Shown: one piece after another, positions 28,144 to 32,000 of the stretch | How positions within the stretch are numbered: the first letter of the stretch is position 1 | Layout: each line of letters starts with the position of its first letter | Assembly: GCF_021497505.1 (NCBI RefSeq) | Contig: NZ_CP069349.1 | Location: forward strand, 1,211,131 to 1,243,130 | Direction of reading: 5' to 3' | From: Turicibacter sp. TJ11 | GTDB lineage: Bacteria > Bacillota_I > Bacilli_A > MOL361 > Turicibacteraceae | Length of the DNA: 32,000 nt | The notes under the pieces: generated by a model | The model's database searches: none | Told to the model about the DNA's origin: nothing | What the model saw: the letters and a program-made list of their open reading frames with translations, nothing else | Made by a program: the position numbers and the translations under genes

Positions 28144-28773
28144 TTATTCAACCTCCACAGTATTAATATTTTTATTATAGTATTCTAAGACACGGTTTGA
28201 ACGTGAATGCTCTGCTTCAATAATCGCCATAATTCGATCACGAGCATTTTCTACCGTATCGTTAATCACAATGTAATCGTACTCATGAGCAAGTCCAATT
28301 TCAGACTCCGCTTTTTGCATACGTTTATTAATAACTTCCATCGCCTCTGTTCCACGAGTCATGATGCGGTTACGAAGTTCTTCCATACTTGGAGGTGCGA
28401 TGAAGATGAAACATGCGTCTGGCATGACATTTTTAACTTGTAAAGCTCCTTGAACTTCAATTTCAAGAACGACGTCTTTACCTTCATTTAATTTTTCATT
28501 CACATAATCTAGTGGCGTTCCGTAATAATTTCCTACGAATTCAGCCCACTCTAATAATTGACCTTGATCAATTCTATCTAAAAATTCTTCTTTTTCAACA
28601 AAGAAATAATCGACACCGTTGACTTCTCCAACGCGTGGCTTTCTTGTTGTCATCGAAATGGAATACTCTAAATTATGATCTTTTTGTTCAAATATTGATG
28701 CGCGCACAGTTCCTTTTCCTACACCACTAGGACCTGATATGACTATTAGTACGCCTTTTTCTACTAATCTCAT
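28144..28773 (-). CDS. gmk: Guanylate kinase
   Basis: [62 protein letters not shown]. Confidence 0.98.
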   Translation of the reverse strand: MRLVEKGVLIVISGPSGVGKGTVRASIFEQKDHNLEYSISMTTRKPRVGEVNGVDYFFVEKEEFLDRIDQGQLLEWAEFVGNYYGTPLDYVNEKLNEGKDVVLEIEVQGALQVKNVMPDACFIFIAPPSMEELRNRIMTRGTEAMEVINKRMQKAESEIGLAHEYDYIVINDTVENARDRIMAIIEAEHSRSNRVLEYYNKNINTVEVE

Positions 28774-29005
28774 GCATTCACTTCTCCTTAAACTTTCATT
28801 CCATTATAATAGCATGAATTTTATCAAAATTAAATAGCTCTGTACGGATTTTATCATGAATTATTTTACAGTTTATTATAGCTTTTTTAAAATTTTATAG
28901 ACAAGTCCTATCATTATTATGACGTTTTTATTCTATTTTTATGTCTAATCATCCTAAAAAATGATATACTTTTTAATATAATCCAGTATTAACGAGGTGA
29001 TTTTC

Positions 29006-30709
29006 ATGGCTTTTGATGGTCTTATGACGTCAAGTGTAGCAACTGCTTTAAAAGAGTCGCTATTAGCTGGACGAATTAATAAAATTTATCAGTTATCAAA
29101 CCACGAAATTTTAATGCAAATTCGTGCGCAAGGAAAAAATCAAAAAGTTTTATTCTCAACACATTCATCGTATGCTCGTGTGCAAATTACGACACTTGAT
29201 TATCAATATCCAGATGAGCCACCTATGTTTTGTATGTTTTTAAGAAAACATCTTGAAGGTGGAATTATTTATAATATTGAGCAAATTAATCATGATCGCA
29301 TGATTAAATTCACTATTCGTCATGTGAACGAACTCGGCGATCAAATGCTTAAATTTTTATACATTGAGATTATGGGAAAACATAGTAATTTAATTTTAAC
29401 CGATGTTAATCATCGAATTTTAGATACCATTAAACACATCTCACCTCTTGTCAATCGTTACCGTTCTTTACAACCTGGTGCTACTTATATTTTACCACCG
29501 ACTCAAGAAAAACAATGTCCAGATGACCTTGACTTTGATTTCTTTTCATCATTAATTACTGAAAATGAACGTTATGATAAACAGCTAGTCGCTAAATTTC
29601 AAGGTCTGTCTCCACTGATTGCTCGTGAAATCGTTTATCGTAGTGAATCCGATTCGATCCTTCATTTATTTGAATCATTTAAAGCAGTAATGACTGAAAT
29701 TAAAGAGATGCCTTCTCCTCATGTCATAATTAGTTCGAAAGAGTATTTTTATCTTCTTCCACTTTATCACGTCGAAGGTGAGCTTATTCCATGCGACACG
29801 TTATGGGAGATGTTTGATCGCTTTTACTTTGGAAAAGATGAACGCGATCGTATTAAGCAACAATATCACGATATTGAACGATTTATTCGTCAGGAATATG
29901 AAAAAAATACAAAGAAATTAGAAAAACTTCATGAAGAACTTCTTCACTCAGAAAAAGCAGAGCAGTATAAAATATTAGGTGATTTAATCTTAGCGAACAT
30001 TTATCAAATTAATCGTGGAGATTCGTTAGTACATGTTCAAAATTTCTATTCTGAAAATTTAGAAACTATCAAAATTAAACTTGATCCTATGTTATCCGCA
30101 TCAGAAAATGCTCAAAAGTATTTCCAAAAATACAGTAAAGCTAAAAATGCCGTTAATTATATTTTAGAACAACTTGAATTAACAGAAAAAGAGATTGCTT
30201 ACTTTGAAACATTAATGATTCAAATGGAAACAGCGACGTTAAAAGATGCTTATGAGATTAAAGAAGAATTAGAATTAGCTGGTTACTTACGTAAGCGTCA
30301 AACGAAAAAACGTAAAGCAAATGGAAAGCCAAGCATTGAAAAATATCTTTCAACCGATGGAGTTGAAATTTTTGTTGGAAAAAATAATTTACAAAATGAT
30401 TACTTAACTCATAAATTTGCTCGTCGTCATGAATGGTGGTTCCATGCTAAAGACATGCCTGGTTCTCACGTTTTAGTACGAAGTGACATAGATGAATTAA
30501 GTGAAGCAACGATTCGTTCGGCTGCTCAATTAGCGTCTTACTTTTCAAAAGGACGCTTATCTTCTAGTGTTCCAATTGATTATACACGTGTTCGTCACGT
30601 TAAAAAAGTACCAGCCGCTCATCTTGGATTTGTAACCTACGACAATCAAAAAACCATTTATATCGATCCTGATGAATCGTTTATTATGAATTTAAAAAAA
30701 GTAAAATAA
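29006..30709 (+). CDS. rqcH: NFACT-family Rqc2 homolog (YloA/FbpA-like)
   Basis: MAFDGLMTSSVATALKESLLAGRINKIYQ, NFACT-N and C-terminal NFACT-R region HEWWFHAKDMPGSHVLVRS. ATG at 29006 follows GAGGTG; the ORF-track start (28997) is a GTG inside the SD. Confidence 0.95.
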   Translation: MAFDGLMTSSVATALKESLLAGRINKIYQLSNHEILMQIRAQGKNQKVLFSTHSSYARVQITTLDYQYPDEPPMFCMFLRKHLEGGIIYNIEQINHDRMIKFTIRHVNELGDQMLKFLYIEIMGKHSNLILTDVNHRILDTIKHISPLVNRYRSLQPGATYILPPTQEKQCPDDLDFDFFSSLITENERYDKQLVAKFQGLSPLIAREIVYRSESDSILHLFESFKAVMTEIKEMPSPHVIISSKEYFYLLPLYHVEGELIPCDTLWEMFDRFYFGKDERDRIKQQYHDIERFIRQEYEKNTKKLEKLHEELLHSEKAEQYKILGDLILANIYQINRGDSLVHVQNFYSENLETIKIKLDPMLSASENAQKYFQKYSKAKNAVNYILEQLELTEKEIAYFETLMIQMETATLKDAYEIKEELELAGYLRKRQTKKRKANGKPSIEKYLSTDGVEIFVGKNNLQNDYLTHKFARRHEWWFHAKDMPGSHVLVRSDIDELSEATIRSAAQLASYFSKGRLSSSVPIDYTRVRHVKKVPAAHLGFVTYDNQKTIYIDPDESFIMNLKKVK

Positions 30710-30710
30710 A

Positions 30711-30736
30711 AAGCTGAGATCACTCAGCTTTTTATT
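30711..30736 (+). terminator. Hairpin terminator after rqcH
   Basis: AAAAGCTGAG-ATCA-CTCAGCTTTT. Confidence 0.85.
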
Positions 30737-30803
30737 TTGTTCTTATATCCTTGCGACTACTTTAAAAGTATCACTATGTTTATCAAAGTAACTCGTTCAT
30801 TTT

Positions 30804-32000
30804 TTAATGGGCCTTTTTACGATAAACACTTGTGTGTAAAAATTGCTCGTAAACGAGTTCTCCTTCTTCATTATAGCCGTATAATGTCGTATCTGCCTTT
30901 AATCCATCATTATAAATCACAGTTTTTGGTTCATAGTTAATACCGTTTAATGCTCTTGAATTTGACCAAAACTCAACCGTTAAACTTCCATATTTAGCAT
31001 AAGTAAAAATTAAGATAGGATATTCGTATGTATTGATGAACTTTAAATCAATGGCGTTATCTGCTATAGTGGCGTCTTGTCCAAGAGGTACATAACGAAC
31101 AGGTAAACTATGATTAAGTCGTTCTGTCGCTATAATTCCCGCTTTTAATTGAGCATTATATAAAGTCGATGAAACTTGACAAATGCCTCCCCCAATTCCG
31201 GGAATCGGTTTTCCGTTTAAAAAGACAGTCGCATTCACATAACCGTGAGCAGAATCTATCGGAGCCACTTTTTTGTAATAAGAAAATTCTTCACCAGGCA
31301 TTAAAATAGTATGATTAATTTTTGACGAAGCTAATTCGACATTTTTAGCACGGGGAATCCCAGCTAAATATTCCGTTGAGTAAGAGGACACCTTTGTATC
31401 AATTGTCTTCAATGCCTCAATATCTAATTCTCGAGGATCAATCATCACATTGGCATCAACTTCGATTGGATCCATTGAACTTTGATTGAGCTGTTTTCCT
31501 AGCTCTTCTAACAACTGCTCAACAACAAGGAATTGACCATCTCGTCCTTCATCTAACTTAAGTTCTGTTGAAGAGATTCTTTGAAAGGTTGGTTCGATCT
31601 TCTCAATGTATACTTCTTTTTCAATTAATCGCGCCCACTTTTCCAATGCTTCGTGATTATATGTATATTCAATTATAAACTCATAAGATTGATCTTGATT
31701 AACTTGCGAAATTTGTTGCATTAACTCTAAATCTTTTCCTAGTGTTAAGACATCTTTAACTAACTGTGAAGTGTCTTCTTTCACCTTCGGATCAAATTCA
31801 GATACGGTTGTCTCAAACAATTGATCATGAACACGAACGATGATTTGACGATTTTGATATTGATTGAGTTGTTCTTCAATCATAGCGATAATCTTATCTT
31901 CTGTTAAGGTAGAAACATCTAACCCATTGATTAAAAGACTTGACGATGGCAACTTCTCATATGCATGAATAAACATCGGCTCTGGCCCTAAGACAAACAG
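30804..32000 (-). CDS. VanW family protein, N-terminus beyond the window
   Basis: VanW core NHTILMPGEEFSYYKKVAPIDSAHGYVNATVFLNGKPIPGIGGGICQVSSTLYNAQLKAGI. The frame stays open through LFVLGPEP to the window edge, upstream of the ORF-track Met. Confidence 0.9.
   Translation of the reverse strand: MFVLGPEPMFIHAYEKLPSSSLLINGLDVSTLTEDKIIAMIEEQLNQYQNRQIIVRVHDQLFETTVSEFDPKVKEDTSQLVKDVLTLGKDLELMQQISQVNQDQSYEFIIEYTYNHEALEKWARLIEKEVYIEKIEPTFQRISSTELKLDEGRDGQFLVVEQLLEELGKQLNQSSMDPIEVDANVMIDPRELDIEALKTIDTKVSSYSTEYLAGIPRAKNVELASSKINHTILMPGEEFSYYKKVAPIDSAHGYVNATVFLNGKPIPGIGGGICQVSSTLYNAQLKAGIIATERLNHSLPVRYVPLGQDATIADNAIDLKFINTYEYPILIFTYAKYGSLTVEFWSNSRALNGINYEPKTVIYNDGLKADTTLYGYNEEGELVYEQFLHTSVYRKKAH

Overview
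This is a low-GC Bacillota chromosomal segment, possibly Turicibacter-like (inference only). It carries the conserved block known in B. subtilis as yloA/rqcH-gmk-rpoZ-priA-fmt-rsmB-rlmN-prpC-prkC-rsgA-rpe-thiN-spoVM-rpmB-yloU-fakA-recG-plsX-rnc. Most genes are on the minus strand; rpmB and rqcH are on the plus strand. The ORF track misses a 26-aa spoVM at 8654-8734, which has a terminator and a SigE-like promoter. Between rpmB and spoVM sit three tandem, apparently paralogous small proteins with a SHOCT-like/YvlB-LiaX-type N-terminus. About 8 kb of accessory genes lies between rsmB and ppiB/fmt: two YitT paralogs around a Cse60-like 60-aa protein, a CvfB-like S1 protein, a decayed IS3-family element, a coiled-coil protein, a TraX-family protein and a flavodiiron protein. 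The IS3 copy has a ~48-nt hairpin-bearing insertion with an in-frame TAG, an apparent D-to-A change at the first DDE position, and a T TTA AAG frameshift heptamer. I found no CRISPR array, tRNA/rRNA, prophage or recognisable defence system. The best candidate for something undescribed is the three-paralog cassette downstream of spoVM, but I cannot show it is a new system.
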